Positions 44,830-54,828 are shown, numbered from the stretch's first letter. The stretch: 64,000 bases of DNA from an uncultured Gaiellaceae bacterium (GCA_963820565.1 CAWGAD010000006.1:42333-106332); one strand, 5' to 3'. A program made the numbers and translations. The notes: generated from the letters alone by a model not told the origin.

Positions 44830-45451
44830 TTGGCGGATCGTTTGACGGTGGGAGTCGCAGCGCGCCTCTCCCGCTACCTGCAGGTGCTGACGCAGGCGAA
44901 GAAGATGGGCAAGGACCGGATCTCCTCGCAAGAGATCTCGGACTACACGAACATCAACGCGACCCAGATCCGCCGCGATCTCTCCAGCTTCGGCAAGTTC
45001 GGCAAGCGTGGGGTGGGTTACAACATCGACGCGCTGCTCGGCGAGATCCGGAAGATCCTCCGCACCCAGGGGCAGCACAACATCGCGCTCGTCGGGGCGG
45101 GCCGGCTCGGCCAGGCGATCGCGAGCTCGCCGATCTTCGCCGAGCACGGGATCAACATCGCCGCTGTGCTCGACACCGATCCCGACAAGGTGGGGCACGC
45201 GATCGGCGGCAACAGCGTCCAGGCCTACTCGGCGCTCCGCGACGCCGTCCGCGACAACAACATCATCGTGGGCGTGATCGCGGTTCCCGCGGACGGCGCG
45301 CAGCAGGCCGCGGACGACCTGATCGACGCCGGCGTGAAGATCGTCTTCAACTACTCCGAGGCGCTTACTCGACGTCCCCAGCGACGTTGCCGTGCACGCC
45401 TCGAACCCCGCCGTAGAGCTCCTCTACGCGCTGTACTTCCACCTGACGTAG
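44830..45451 (+). CDS. rex: Redox-sensing transcriptional repressor Rex; one frameshift near 45364-45368
   Basis: RLSRYLQVL, ISSQEISDYTNINATQIRRDLSSFGKFGKRGVGYNI and Rossmann motif ALVGAGRLG. The C-terminus (LDVPSDVAVHASNPAVELLYALYFHLT*) follows after a +1 shift. The TTG start at 44830 is tentative. Confidence 0.85.
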
Positions 45452-46283
45452 CTCGGTCAGCACGGGCACGCTCGCCGCGCTGACGTGGTAACGGAGACAG
45501 CCCCGGGACTGTCCCTGCAATCGCTTGTCTCAGCGGCGCTGGCTTGAGCTCGCGGGTGTCCGGGACACCGTCGTTGTCGTCGTCGGCGTCGGGGCGGTCG
45601 AGGAGGCCGTCGTTGTCGTCGTCGGCGTCCTTCGCGTCCGCCAGGCCGTCGCCGTCGTCGTCGCTGTCGCGTGCGTCGGGGTTGCCGTCGTTGTCGAAGT
45701 CGAAGTCGCGCGCATCGCCGACGGAGTCGTTGTCGTCGTCGCCGTCGCGCAGGTCGGCCAGCCCGTCGTTGTCGTTGTCGGCATCGGCGCGGTCGCCGGT
45801 CCCGTCGTTGTCGTCGTCGAAGTCCTTGCGGTCGGCGATCGAGTCGTTGTCGTCGTCGTAGTCCTTCGCGTCGGCGATCCCGTCGCCATCGTCGTCTCGG
45901 TCGCGTGAGTCGACCGCGCCGTCGTTGTCGCGATCGCAGTCCTTCGCATCCGCGACGCCGTCGTCGTCATCGTCCTCGTCCGTGACGCTCGGCTCGCCGT
46001 CGCCGTCCTCGTCGCCGAAGTCGCTGAAGTCCTCGTCCTCGTACTCGTACTCGCCGTCGTCGACGAGCTCGTCCTCGGGCTCGACGGCGAACTCCTCGTC
46101 GTCCAGGAGCGTCTCGTCGTCGGCGTATTCGTCGAACTCCGCGAACTCGCCGTCGTACTCGACACATTCGGCGTCTGCCTCGTCGCAGGGGAACGCGATG
46201 GCCTTCGCGCTCGATGCGCCGCCGCCGAGAGCGAGCGCGAGCACGAGGCCGAGCAGGAATAGAAATGGCTTGTTCAGTCTCAT
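45351..46283 (-). CDS. Secreted, extremely acidic protein with 12 tandem thrombospondin-type-3-like Ca-binding repeats
   Basis: Signal peptide MRLNKPFLFLLGLVLALALGGGASSAKA, then an acidic region, then 12 x 13-aa units of the form DxDxDGxxDxxDx. The last ~100 nt overlap the rex 3' end, so the true stop is uncertain. Confidence 0.7.
   Translation of the reverse strand: MRLNKPFLFLLGLVLALALGGGASSAKAIAFPCDEADAECVEYDGEFAEFDEYADDETLLDDEEFAVEPEDELVDDGEYEYEDEDFSDFGDEDGDGEPSVTDEDDDDDGVADAKDCDRDNDGAVDSRDRDDDGDGIADAKDYDDDNDSIADRKDFDDDNDGTGDRADADNDNDGLADLRDGDDDNDSVGDARDFDFDNDGNPDARDSDDDGDGLADAKDADDDNDGLLDRPDADDDNDGVPDTRELKPAPLRQAIAGTVPGLSPLPRQRGERARADRATSGGSTARRGALRRGSRRARQRRWGRRVSASE
45552..46013 (-). 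repeat. Coding tandem repeat, 39-bp period x 12 (Asp-rich TSP3-like units)
   Basis: Strict 13-codon periodicity was counted from D91 to about R244 of the ORF. It produces several spurious ORFs on both strands in the track. Confidence 0.85.
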
Positions 46284-46332
46284 GGCGTGCGATATCGGCA
46301 GGATGGAGCCGACGCTTGCTCCCTCATTCGAG

Positions 46333-47574
46333 ATGAAGATCCTGCTCTGGCACGGCTATCTGCTCGGCGGCACGGGTTCGAACGTCTACACCCGGGCGCT
46401 GGCGCGTGAATGGACACGCGCCGGTCACGACGTGACCGTTTTCAGCCAGGAGCAGCACCCTGAGCTGTACGACCTCGGCGGCGCTGCGGTGGTCCGGCCG
46501 GACGTGGATGGGCTGCTGCCGGTCTTCGTGCACGACCACTACGAGGGGTACGACGTCAAGCTCCTGCAGGACTGTTCGCGCGGCGAGCTCGTCGAGTGGG
46601 TCGAGCGGAATGCCGCCGCCGTGCGCGAGCGGCTGCCCGCCGACCTCGTCTTCGCGAACCACGTGCTGCTCGGCGGGCCGGTGGGGGCCGCGAGCGGGGC
46701 TCGTTACGGGGTCAAGGCGCACGGCTCCGAGCTGGAGTACTCGCTGCGCGGAAACGAGGAGCTCTCTCGCTGGGGCCGGGAGTCGCTCTCCGGGGCGGAA
46801 GCGGTCTTCGTCGGCTCCGCTCACATCCGCGAGGTGCTCGAAGACGTCGTCGGCCACGTCGACCGAGTCCACGAGGTGCCGCCCGGCGTCGACGTCGAGG
46901 ATTGGCGGCCGCGGCCCCGTGCGGAGGCTCTGGCCGGCCTGCTCGAGGAAGCCAGGCGCGACCCCGCCAACCCCGGCAACGCGAGCGAGCGACTGCCCGA
47001 CGAGGACAACGCCGAGCGGCTCGCCGCCTTCCTCGCCGGCGACGAGCCGACCGTCGTCTACTTCGGCAAGCTCCTCTACAACAAGGGCGTCCACGTCCTG
47101 CTCGACGCGCTGGAGCAGGTGGATGCGCGAACCGTGATCGTCGGCTTCGGCGACTACCGCGAGGAGCTCGAAGCGCTTGCCGGGCCACGCACGCTCTTCA
47201 CGGGCCCGCTCGAGCACCGCCACCTCGTCCACCTGCTGGCCCTGGCGGACGCGACCGTCGTCCCGTCGATCTTCCCGGAGGCGTTCGGGATGGTCGCGGC
47301 GGAAGCGGCAGCTGCCGGCTCGCCGCCGCTCGTCGCCCGTCACTCGGGGCTGGCCGAGATCGCCGAGGGGCTCGAGCAGGAGTACCCGCCGCACCTCCGC
47401 CACCTCGCCGGGTTCGCGACGGGCGACGCCGCCGACCTCGGCGAGAAGCTGCGCGCGCTGCTGACGCTGCCGGACGACGACCGCACGTCGATCCGAGCAG
47501 CCGCCCGCAACGCGACCGTCACGCGCTGGAGCTGGGCCGGTGTTGCCCGCCGCTTGCTCCAACCCTTCATCTAG
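46333..47574 (+). CDS. Glycosyltransferase, GT-B fold (family 4-like)
   Basis: MKILLWHGYLLGGTGSNVYTRALAREW... and C-terminal PSIFPEAFGMVAAEAAAAGSPPLVARHSGLAEI (EX7E-type motif). The start at 46333 is chosen within track ORF 45925..47574. Confidence 0.85.
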   Translation: MKILLWHGYLLGGTGSNVYTRALAREWTRAGHDVTVFSQEQHPELYDLGGAAVVRPDVDGLLPVFVHDHYEGYDVKLLQDCSRGELVEWVERNAAAVRERLPADLVFANHVLLGGPVGAASGARYGVKAHGSELEYSLRGNEELSRWGRESLSGAEAVFVGSAHIREVLEDVVGHVDRVHEVPPGVDVEDWRPRPRAEALAGLLEEARRDPANPGNASERLPDEDNAERLAAFLAGDEPTVVYFGKLLYNKGVHVLLDALEQVDARTVIVGFGDYREELEALAGPRTLFTGPLEHRHLVHLLALADATVVPSIFPEAFGMVAAEAAAAGSPPLVARHSGLAEIAEGLEQEYPPHLRHLAGFATGDAADLGEKLRALLTLPDDDRTSIRAAARNATVTRWSWAGVARRLLQPFI

Positions 47575-47584
47575 CCTTCCGCGA

Positions 47585-48736
47585 ATGGGTGACGAGCAGC
47601 GGCTCGGCTACGAGGAGTTGCTCCTCGCGGCCCGAGAGGGTTTCGACGAGGGGACGGACTTCACCGTCGCGGTCGAGGAGGAGTTCGCTCTGCTCGACCC
47701 GGCGACGCTCAATCTCGTCAACCGCTTCGAGGAGCTGCAGGCCGCAGCACCGGGCACGCCGCTCGAGCCGCACCTGGTCGGCGAGCTGATCGCGTCCGAG
47801 GTCGAGATCAAGACCGGCCGCTGCGAGTCGTTCGCCGACGTGCCGGCCGCGATGGCGGAACGACGGGGGCAGCTGCAGGCGCTCGCCGAGGGGCTCGGGA
47901 TCGTGCTCGGCGCCACCGGCACGCACCCGTGGTCGCCGTGGCAGGAGCAGCGGATCATCGACACACCGCACTACCGCCGCAACGACGAGCTGCTCCGGTA
48001 CGTCGTCTGGCGCAACAACACCTTCGGGCTCCACGTCCATGTCGGCATCCGCGGCGCCGACCGCGCGCTCGCGGTCACGAACGGCCTTCGCAACTTCCTG
48101 CCCGAGATCCTCGCGCTCTCGGCCAGCTCTCCTTTCGTGGAGAACGTCAACACCGGCCTCCACTCGGCGCGGACTCAGATCTTCACGCGCTTCTTCCCGC
48201 GCTGCGGGGTGCCCGACGTGTTCCCGTCGTGGCAGGCCTACGAGGAGTACGTGCGCTTCCTCTACGAGACCGGTTCGGTCACGGAGCACACCCAGCTCTG
48301 GTGGAGCGTGCGACCGCACCTGGCGTTCCCGACGGTCGAGATCCGCATCGCCGACTGCCAGCCGGACCTCGCCGAGGCGCAGGCGCTGGCGGCGTTCGCG
48401 ACCTCGCTCGCGGCGCGCATCGCCCGTGCGCACGACGAGGGCGAGCCGCTCGCCGACCAGCCGCACCGGCTGATCGAGGAGAACATGTGGCGTGCGATCC
48501 GCTACGGCCTCTCCGGCGAGTTCATCGACCTCGAGCGCGGCGACGTGCTGCCGGCGCGGGCGCGGCTCGAGCGGCTGCTCGAGTGGGTCGCGCCCATGGC
48601 CGAGGAGATCGGGACCGCGCCCTATCTCGCGATCCCCGAGCGCAACGCCGCCGAGCGGCAGATCGCGCGCTTCGAGGAGGGTGCGACGCTGGAGGAGATC
48701 TACGCCGAACAGGCGGGAGTCCCGGTTCGTGGCTGA
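47585..48736 (+). CDS. ybdK: Carboxylate-amine ligase, YbdK / glutamate-cysteine ligase family 2
   Basis: VAVEEEFALLDP, GELIASEVEI, GTHPW, TFGLHVHVG, LALSASSPF and WWSVRPH...VEIRIADCQ. Confidence 0.85.
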   Translation: MGDEQRLGYEELLLAAREGFDEGTDFTVAVEEEFALLDPATLNLVNRFEELQAAAPGTPLEPHLVGELIASEVEIKTGRCESFADVPAAMAERRGQLQALAEGLGIVLGATGTHPWSPWQEQRIIDTPHYRRNDELLRYVVWRNNTFGLHVHVGIRGADRALAVTNGLRNFLPEILALSASSPFVENVNTGLHSARTQIFTRFFPRCGVPDVFPSWQAYEEYVRFLYETGSVTEHTQLWWSVRPHLAFPTVEIRIADCQPDLAEAQALAAFATSLAARIARAHDEGEPLADQPHRLIEENMWRAIRYGLSGEFIDLERGDVLPARARLERLLEWVAPMAEEIGTAPYLAIPERNAAERQIARFEEGATLEEIYAEQAGVPVRG

Positions 48737-49016
48737 AGACGAGCCGGTCACCGAGGACCAGCTGCTCGAGGCGCTCCAGCAGCTGAAGGTCTCGGACCTG
48801 CTCGTGCAGACCCTTTCGACCGTTTCCTCGCTCGCCTATCACCGGCTGTCCGCGGAGCACCGCGACCTCGAGCAGGCACGGCTGGCGATCGAGGCCCTGC
48901 GCGCGCTCGTGCCGGTGCTCGCGGAGACGGTGCCACCTGAGCTCACGCGCGACTTCGAGCAGGTGACGGCGAACCTCCAGCTCGCCTACGCCGAGGCCGT
49001 CGCGCCCGCCTCCTGA
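48729..49016 (+). CDS. DUF1844-like small protein
   Basis: GTG at 48729 overlaps the ybdK 3' end. EDQLLEALQQLKVSDLLVQTLSTVSSLAYHRL. Family recalled from memory. Confidence 0.55.
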   Translation: MAEDEPVTEDQLLEALQQLKVSDLLVQTLSTVSSLAYHRLSAEHRDLEQARLAIEALRALVPVLAETVPPELTRDFEQVTANLQLAYAEAVAPAS

Positions 49017-49056
49017 ACCGGGGCACGTCCGTCCGCTTGTGATAGATAATCCGCCG

Positions 49057-49074
49057 CGCCGAGGACTCTCGGCG
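49057..49074 (+). terminator. Hairpin CGCCGAG-GACT-CTCGGCG followed by TTGAGTTTG
   Basis: A 7-bp perfect stem with a short T-containing tail lies 40 nt after the DUF1844 stop. Confidence 0.4.
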
Positions 49075-49110
49075 TTGAGTTTGTGACGGGGTAATTCGGA
49101 CGGAGGGTTG

Positions 49111-51147
49111 ATGGATTTCTTCAATGACCACGCGGTCGCCTTCGCGCTCGTGTGCGCGGGCGTCGCGGTCGGATTCGGGCTCTACTTCACGTGGTGGCTG
49201 CTCAAGCAGCCCGCCGGCACCGAGCGGATGCAGGAGATCTCGCGCGCCGTGCAGGAAGGCGCTGCGGCGTACCTGCGCCGCCAGTACACGACGATCGCCG
49301 GCGTCGCCGTCGTCCCGTTCCTCGCGATCGGCCTCTACCCCGAGCTCGGCTGGGCAGCTGCGATCGGCTTCGCGATCGGAGCGGCGCTCTCCGCCGCGGC
49401 GGGCTTCATCGGCATGAACGTCGCCGTGCGCTCGAACGTGCGCACCGCTGAGGCCGCCAAGTCCGGCCTCCGGCCCGCCTTCGAAGTCGCGTTCCGGGCC
49501 GGCTCGGTGGCCGGGCTGCTCGTCGTCGGCCTCGGCCTGCTGGGTGTCGCCGGCTACTACGGCATCCTCACCGAGCTCTTCGACAAGAGCCAGGACTCCG
49601 CGATCGACGCTCTGATCGGTCTGGCCTTCGGCGGCTCCCTGATCTCGGTCTTCGCGCGCCTCGGCGGCGGCATCTTCACCAAGGCGGCCGACGTCGGCGC
49701 CGACCTCGTCGGCAAGATCGAAGCGGGAATCCCGGAGGACGACCCGCGCAACCCGGCCGTGATCGCGGACAACGTCGGCGACAACGTCGGCGACTGCGCC
49801 GGCATGGCCGCCGACCTGTTCGAGACGTATGCGGTGACCGCGGTGGCCGTGATGCTGCTGGGAACCGCGTTCCCGCTCGGGAACCTGCCGCTCTACCCGC
49901 TCGCGCTCGGCGGCGTCTCGATCCTCGCCTCCGTCATCGGCATCTACTTCGCCCGGATCGGCAGCAGCGGCTCGATCATCAACGCGCTCTACAAGAGCGT
50001 GATCGTGGCCACGATCCTGTCGGCGATCGGCTTCATCCCCGTCACGATGGCGTTCGACGATGGCCGGTTCAGCTTCGGGGAGCTCTACGGCTCCGGGCTC
50101 GTCGGCCTCGCGATCACCTTCCTGCTCGTCGCGATCACCGAGTTCTACACCGGCTCGCGCTGGAACCCCGTCAAGTCGATCGCGAAGGCCTCGCAGACCG
50201 GCCACGCGACGAACATCATCGAAGGGCTCGCCGTCGGCATGCGCGCGACCGCCGCGCCGGTGATCGTGATCGCCGCCGGGATCATCGCCGCGTACGAGAT
50301 CGCCGGCCTCTACGGGATCGGCGTCGCCGTCATGGCCCAGCTGTCGATGTGCGGCCTGATCGTCGCGCTCGACGCGTTCGGCCCCGTCACCGACAACGCC
50401 GGCGGGATCGCCGAGATGGCCCACCTGGACGAGTCCGTGCGCGCCATCACCGACCCGCTCGACGCGGTCGGCAACACCACGAAGGCGGTCACGAAGGGAT
50501 ACGCGATCGGCTCCGCCGGCCTCGCAGCGCTCGTCCTCTTCGACGAGTACACGCGCGGCCTCGACGAGGAGGGACTGAACGTCATCTTCAACCTCGGCGA
50601 CCCGTATGTGATCGCCGGCCTCTTCATCGGCGGGATGATGCCGTTCCTCTTCGCCGCGCTGGCGATGACGGCCGTCGGCCGCGTCGGCGGCGAGGTCGTC
50701 GTCGAGGTGCGACGGCAGTTCAAGGAGATGCCCGGGATCATGGAGGGCACCCAGCGACCCGACTACAGCCGCGCCGTCGACATCGTTGCCAAGTCCGCGA
50801 TCAAGAAGATGCTGCTGCCGGCGCTGATCCCGGTCGCAATCCCGATCGCCGTCGGGATCATCAGCCCGGAGATGCTGGGCGGGCTCCTGATCGGGACGAT
50901 CGTCACGGGCCTCTTCCTGGCGATCGCGATGACCTCGGGCGGCGGCGCCTGGGACAACGCGAAGAAGCTGATCGAGGACGGCCTGTACGGCGGCAAGGGC
51001 TCCGAGGCGCACGCCGCCTCGGTGACCGGCGACACCGTCGGCGATCCCTACAAGGACACCGCCGGCCCGGCGATCAACCCGATGATCAAGATCGCCAACA
51101 TCGTCGCGATCCTGATCATTCCGCTGCTCGTCTCGATCCACGGGTAG
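49111..51147 (+). CDS. hppA: Membrane-bound proton/sodium-translocating pyrophosphatase
   Basis: Intact. Multi-TM, with [33 protein letters not shown] and [17 protein letters not shown]. The track start TTG at 49108 is an alternative. Confidence 0.95.
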   Translation: MDFFNDHAVAFALVCAGVAVGFGLYFTWWLLKQPAGTERMQEISRAVQEGAAAYLRRQYTTIAGVAVVPFLAIGLYPELGWAAAIGFAIGAALSAAAGFIGMNVAVRSNVRTAEAAKSGLRPAFEVAFRAGSVAGLLVVGLGLLGVAGYYGILTELFDKSQDSAIDALIGLAFGGSLISVFARLGGGIFTKAADVGADLVGKIEAGIPEDDPRNPAVIADNVGDNVGDCAGMAADLFETYAVTAVAVMLLGTAFPLGNLPLYPLALGGVSILASVIGIYFARIGSSGSIINALYKSVIVATILSAIGFIPVTMAFDDGRFSFGELYGSGLVGLAITFLLVAITEFYTGSRWNPVKSIAKASQTGHATNIIEGLAVGMRATAAPVIVIAAGIIAAYEIAGLYGIGVAVMAQLSMCGLIVALDAFGPVTDNAGGIAEMAHLDESVRAITDPLDAVGNTTKAVTKGYAIGSAGLAALVLFDEYTRGLDEEGLNVIFNLGDPYVIAGLFIGGMMPFLFAALAMTAVGRVGGEVVVEVRRQFKEMPGIMEGTQRPDYSRAVDIVAKSAIKKMLLPALIPVAIPIAVGIISPEMLGGLLIGTIVTGLFLAIAMTSGGGAWDNAKKLIEDGLYGGKGSEAHAASVTGDTVGDPYKDTAGPAINPMIKIANIVAILIIPLLVSIHG

Positions 51148-51156
51148 CCAGCCGTG

Positions 51157-51182
51157 AGAGGGGGGCCTTCGGGCTCCCCTCT
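51157..51182 (+). terminator. Intrinsic terminator-like hairpin AGAGGGGGGCC-TTCG-GGCTCCCCTCT after hppA
   Basis: 11-bp stem with one mismatch and a TTCG loop, 10 nt after the stop, followed by ACCTTTCC. Confidence 0.6.
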
Positions 51183-51360
51183 ACCTTTCCTAGACGTCTG
51201 CGCGGTCCCGGTGGGCAACGATGCCCGGTTGCGCGACCGGATTGGCTGCAAATCCCCGAAAAACCCTGTTCTTGAAGTTCGTAACGGTCCGCGCGATCAT
51301 TGTTCGGCTTGGGGTGCCCGGCATAGCGCCGGGGAAGATCACTAGGGGAGGAGCTTCATC

Positions 51361-54300
51361 TTGACTCACGGGACACGCTCTCATGGCGCCGCCGTGCGCC
51401 GCCGGAGGGTACTCACAGGAACACTCAGCATTGCGCTCGTCGTGCTGCTGAGCATCGTCGCGGCCGGTGCCGCGAGCGGTGGAACAGCTGCTTCGAGCCC
51501 GAGCGCGTTCAAGCTCGGCGCGTTCACACCGGAGGCCGCAGGAACGATCGAGGCCTTCAAGTCCGCCACCGGCCGTCTGGCGCAGAGCGATCCGAGCCTG
51601 CTCGATCGGACCGACTCCACGCTCGTCAACGTCATGGTCAAGTACGACTACGACTCGGTCGCCACCTATGCAGGTGGCCTGGCCGGCCTCGACGCGACGA
51701 GCCCCAAGGTGACGGGCAAAGAGCTCAAGGCCAACCCGGCGGCGGTCGCCGCCTACGGGCGGTACCTGGACGGCGTCAGCGGGGACATCAACGCGGCCGT
51801 GGCGAGCAAGGTTCCCGCCGCTAGCATCCGCGAGTCCTTCGAGACCGCGTACGGCGGCGTCGCCATGACGCTGCCCGCGAACAAGATCGGCCAACTGCTT
51901 CAGGTAGACGGCGTGGTCGCCGTCCAGAAGGACGCGCTCAACCAGCCGCTGACGGATGCGACCCCCGCGTTCGTCGGCGCCACAGCCGTCTGGGGCGGTC
52001 TCGGTGGCTCCACGAAAGCCGGGGAAGGCGTGATCGTGGGCGTGCTCGACACGGGCATCTGGCCCGAGCATCCGTCCTTCAACGACAACGGCATCGACCA
52101 TCCGGGTGGCACGTATGGCTGCGAGTTCGGCAACGGTTCCGCGCCCTTCGGCCCTGCGTTCACCTGCAACGACAAGCTGATCGGCGCGTACGCGTTCACC
52201 GACACGTACATGGCGAACATCGGTGCGGTGCCGGGCGAGTACTGCGACAACGCCACAGACGTGTGCTCGGCGCGCGACGCGAACGGTCACGGGACGCATA
52301 CGTCCTCGACCGCCGCGGGCAGCGCCGTCTCGAACGTCAACCTCCTGGGTGTCAACCGCGGGTCGATCAGCGGAATTGCTCCGGGGTCGCACGTGATCAT
52401 GTATCGCGTCTGTCTCGCGCAGGGGTGCTTCGGCTCCGACTCGGTCGCGGCGGTGGAGCAGGCGATCCTCGATGGGGTCGACGTGCTCAACTTCTCGATC
52501 TCGGGCGGAAACAGCGCGTACACCGACCCGGTCGAGCTGGCGTTCCTGGAAGCGTATGACGCCGGGATCCTCGTCAACGCGTCCGCCGGGAACACTGGCC
52601 CGGGCGCGGGGACGGCGAATCACGCCGGTCCGTGGACGAACACGGTCGGTGCCTCGACGTCGAACCGGCACTTCCTCGCGACGTTGAACCTGACGGCGTC
52701 GAACGGAGACACGTTCAGCCAGCAGGGCGTCACGATCACGGCCGGCGTCACGAACAAGGACGTCGTCCTGGCGACGGCGGTCGGCAGCTCGGCCCTCTGC
52801 GACAGCCCGGCGAACGCTTCGGCGGCCGGCAAGGTCGTTGTGTGCCAGCGCGGCGGCAACGCCCGCGTCGACAAGGGGTTCAGGATGAGCCTGGCCGGAG
52901 CGGCCGGGATGATCCTGTTCAACCCGGTCAAGCAGGACCTCCAGTCGGACAACCACTGGCTGCCGGCGATCCACCTCGAGGGCCCGCTCTCGGGCACGCA
53001 TCCACTGCTCACGTTCCTGAGCTCCCACACCGGAGTCAAGGCGAACTGGGTCAGCGGCGTGGCCAGCCCGGTACAGGGCGATGTCATGGCGGCATTCTCG
53101 TCGCGTGGCCCGCTGGGCGACTTCATCAAGCCGGACGTGACGGCACCCGGAATCCAGATCCTGGCCGGCCACACGCCGACCCCGATCTCGACCGATGCCG
53201 GTCCTCCCGGCCAGCTCTACCAGGCGATCGCGGGTACCTCGATGTCGAGCCCGCACGTGGCCGGCATGTCCGCGCTCGTGAAGGACGCGCATCCGAGCTG
53301 GTCGCCCGGCCAGATCAAGTCGGCACTGATGACCTCCTCCGTGCAGTCGGTCGTCAAGGAGAACGGCACCACGGCGGCCGATCCGTTCGATCGCGGCGCC
53401 GGCTCGGCACGCGTCGACCGGGCAATCGCTACGCGGGTCACGCTCGACGTCAGCGCAGCGGACTACGTCGCCTCCGCAGGTGACCCGCTGAACCGGATCA
53501 ACCTCAACCTGCCGAGCATCAACGCTCCGACGATGTCCGGCCAGATCTCGACCGAGCGGACCTTGCGGAACGTCTCGGGCGGGACGGTCAAGTTCGAGGT
53601 GAGCACGACGGCGCCTGCCGGTGCCTCGATCGAGGTCAGCCCCAGCACCGTCGAGATTCTGGCGGGCGGGACCCGGACGCTGAAGATCAAGATCAGTGGC
53701 GCTGGGCTCGCGAACGGGCAGTACTTCGGCCAGATCACGCTCGCGGACGATCCGAACGGCCGCGGCGGAATCGAGTCGGGACCGAACCTCGTGCTCCCGG
53801 TCGCGTTCAACAAGCAGCAGGGAATCGTCTCGCTCACGCACAGCTGCGCGCCGACGACGTTCCCGACCAACACGCTCACGAGCTGCGTCGCCAGGGCCTC
53901 GAACTTCGCGGCCCAGCCGGCGTCGATCGTGCTCAGGGTCGACCCGTCGCCGGGGCTCCGGCTCAGCAACATCGGCGGCACGGCGGGCGTCACCGGCAAT
54001 GCGAACGGCGCCCGCTGGAGCGGAACGCTGTCGCCGTCGCTGCCGCCGCAGATCACGTCGATCACGGCGGGCGGCGGTCCGGGAGGCGGCTATCTGCCGC
54101 TCTCGTTGTTCGGGATCCCGCCGATCGCGGGCGTCGGCGACGACACGGCGATGAACTTCAACGTTCCGGCGTTCACGTACGGTGGCGAGACGTACAACCG
54201 GCTCGGCGTCGTCTCGAACGGCTATGTCGTCGTGGGCGGTACGAACGGTGCGGCGGACATCGTGTTCGACCCGGTCGACCTGCCCAACGCGGCACGGCCG

Positions 54301-54807
54301 AACAACGTGCTGGCCCCGTACTGGACCGACCTCAACCCGCCCGCCGGCGGAGCGCTCCGGATCGGGACGCTGACCGACGGTGCGGACACCTGGATCGTGA
54401 TCGACTGGGAGGCCGTGCGCGTGTTCGGCAGCACGAACGTGCAGTCGTTCCAGATCTGGATCGGTGTCAACGGAGACGCCCATCCGGCCGAGGACAACAC
54501 GTTCGCGTACGGGCCGAACACCGGCACGGGAAGCCCCGAGGGTCTCACTCGCGGGGCGGAGAACCGGGACGGGACGAGCGGCAAGATGATCGTGCCGCCG
54601 CCCGCGAACCCGACTCCGAACAACAGCACGTTCCGGATCAACACCGCGCCGCCGGCTGCCGGCGGAACGGCTGAGATCACCTACAAGGCTTCCGCGCAGT
54701 TCGGAGGCGTCTACACGTCCCTGGCCAGCCTGACCTCCAATCTCACTCCGGGAGTCACGCAGGTTCCGGTGACGCTGACGGTGACAGGCCCGGGTCCGGG
54801 CCGGTAA
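51361..54807 (+). CDS. Large secreted subtilase (S8A, pyrolysin/cucumisin-like with inserted PA-type domain and long C-terminal domains)
   Basis: Intact 1148-aa ORF. RBS GGGGAGGAG lies 7 nt before TTG. TM/signal segment, then VGVLDTGIWPEHPSF, GHGTHTSSTAAG, SAGNTGP and AIAGTSMSSPHVAG. Confidence 0.9.
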   Translation: MTHGTRSHGAAVRRRRVLTGTLSIALVVLLSIVAAGAASGGTAASSPSAFKLGAFTPEAAGTIEAFKSATGRLAQSDPSLLDRTDSTLVNVMVKYDYDSVATYAGGLAGLDATSPKVTGKELKANPAAVAAYGRYLDGVSGDINAAVASKVPAASIRESFETAYGGVAMTLPANKIGQLLQVDGVVAVQKDALNQPLTDATPAFVGATAVWGGLGGSTKAGEGVIVGVLDTGIWPEHPSFNDNGIDHPGGTYGCEFGNGSAPFGPAFTCNDKLIGAYAFTDTYMANIGAVPGEYCDNATDVCSARDANGHGTHTSSTAAGSAVSNVNLLGVNRGSISGIAPGSHVIMYRVCLAQGCFGSDSVAAVEQAILDGVDVLNFSISGGNSAYTDPVELAFLEAYDAGILVNASAGNTGPGAGTANHAGPWTNTVGASTSNRHFLATLNLTASNGDTFSQQGVTITAGVTNKDVVLATAVGSSALCDSPANASAAGKVVVCQRGGNARVDKGFRMSLAGAAGMILFNPVKQDLQSDNHWLPAIHLEGPLSGTHPLLTFLSSHTGVKANWVSGVASPVQGDVMAAFSSRGPLGDFIKPDVTAPGIQILAGHTPTPISTDAGPPGQLYQAIAGTSMSSPHVAGMSALVKDAHPSWSPGQIKSALMTSSVQSVVKENGTTAADPFDRGAGSARVDRAIATRVTLDVSAADYVASAGDPLNRINLNLPSINAPTMSGQISTERTLRNVSGGTVKFEVSTTAPAGASIEVSPSTVEILAGGTRTLKIKISGAGLANGQYFGQITLADDPNGRGGIESGPNLVLPVAFNKQQGIVSLTHSCAPTTFPTNTLTSCVARASNFAAQPASIVLRVDPSPGLRLSNIGGTAGVTGNANGARWSGTLSPSLPPQITSITAGGGPGGGYLPLSLFGIPPIAGVGDDTAMNFNVPAFTYGGETYNRLGVVSNGYVVVGGTNGAADIVFDPVDLPNAARPNNVLAPYWTDLNPPAGGALRIGTLTDGADTWIVIDWEAVRVFGSTNVQSFQIWIGVNGDAHPAEDNTFAYGPNTGTGSPEGLTRGAENRDGTSGKMIVPPPANPTPNNSTFRINTAPPAAGGTAEITYKASAQFGGVYTSLASLTSNLTPGVTQVPVTLTVTGPGPGR

Positions 54808-54828
54808 CACCGCAGCACCGTTCCACCT

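Noticed and set aside
45525-46167. A regular 39-bp periodic repeat with multiple ORFs on both strands; considered as a CRISPR-like array or a set of overlapping genes.
   Set aside because: There are no unique spacers between the units. The period is exactly 13 codons of an Asp-rich Ca-binding repeat inside one signal-peptide-bearing ORF. The other-frame and antisense ORFs (poly-T/S/R, poly-V) are by-products of the repeat.
51183-51360. A 178-bp, comparatively AT-rich spacer upstream of the intact subtilase; considered as a riboswitch, sRNA or mobile-element scar.
   Set aside because: I recognised no conserved riboswitch core, tRNA-like structure or repeat. A weak TTGAAG-N17-GATCAT promoter-like pair is all that stands out, which is not enough to call.
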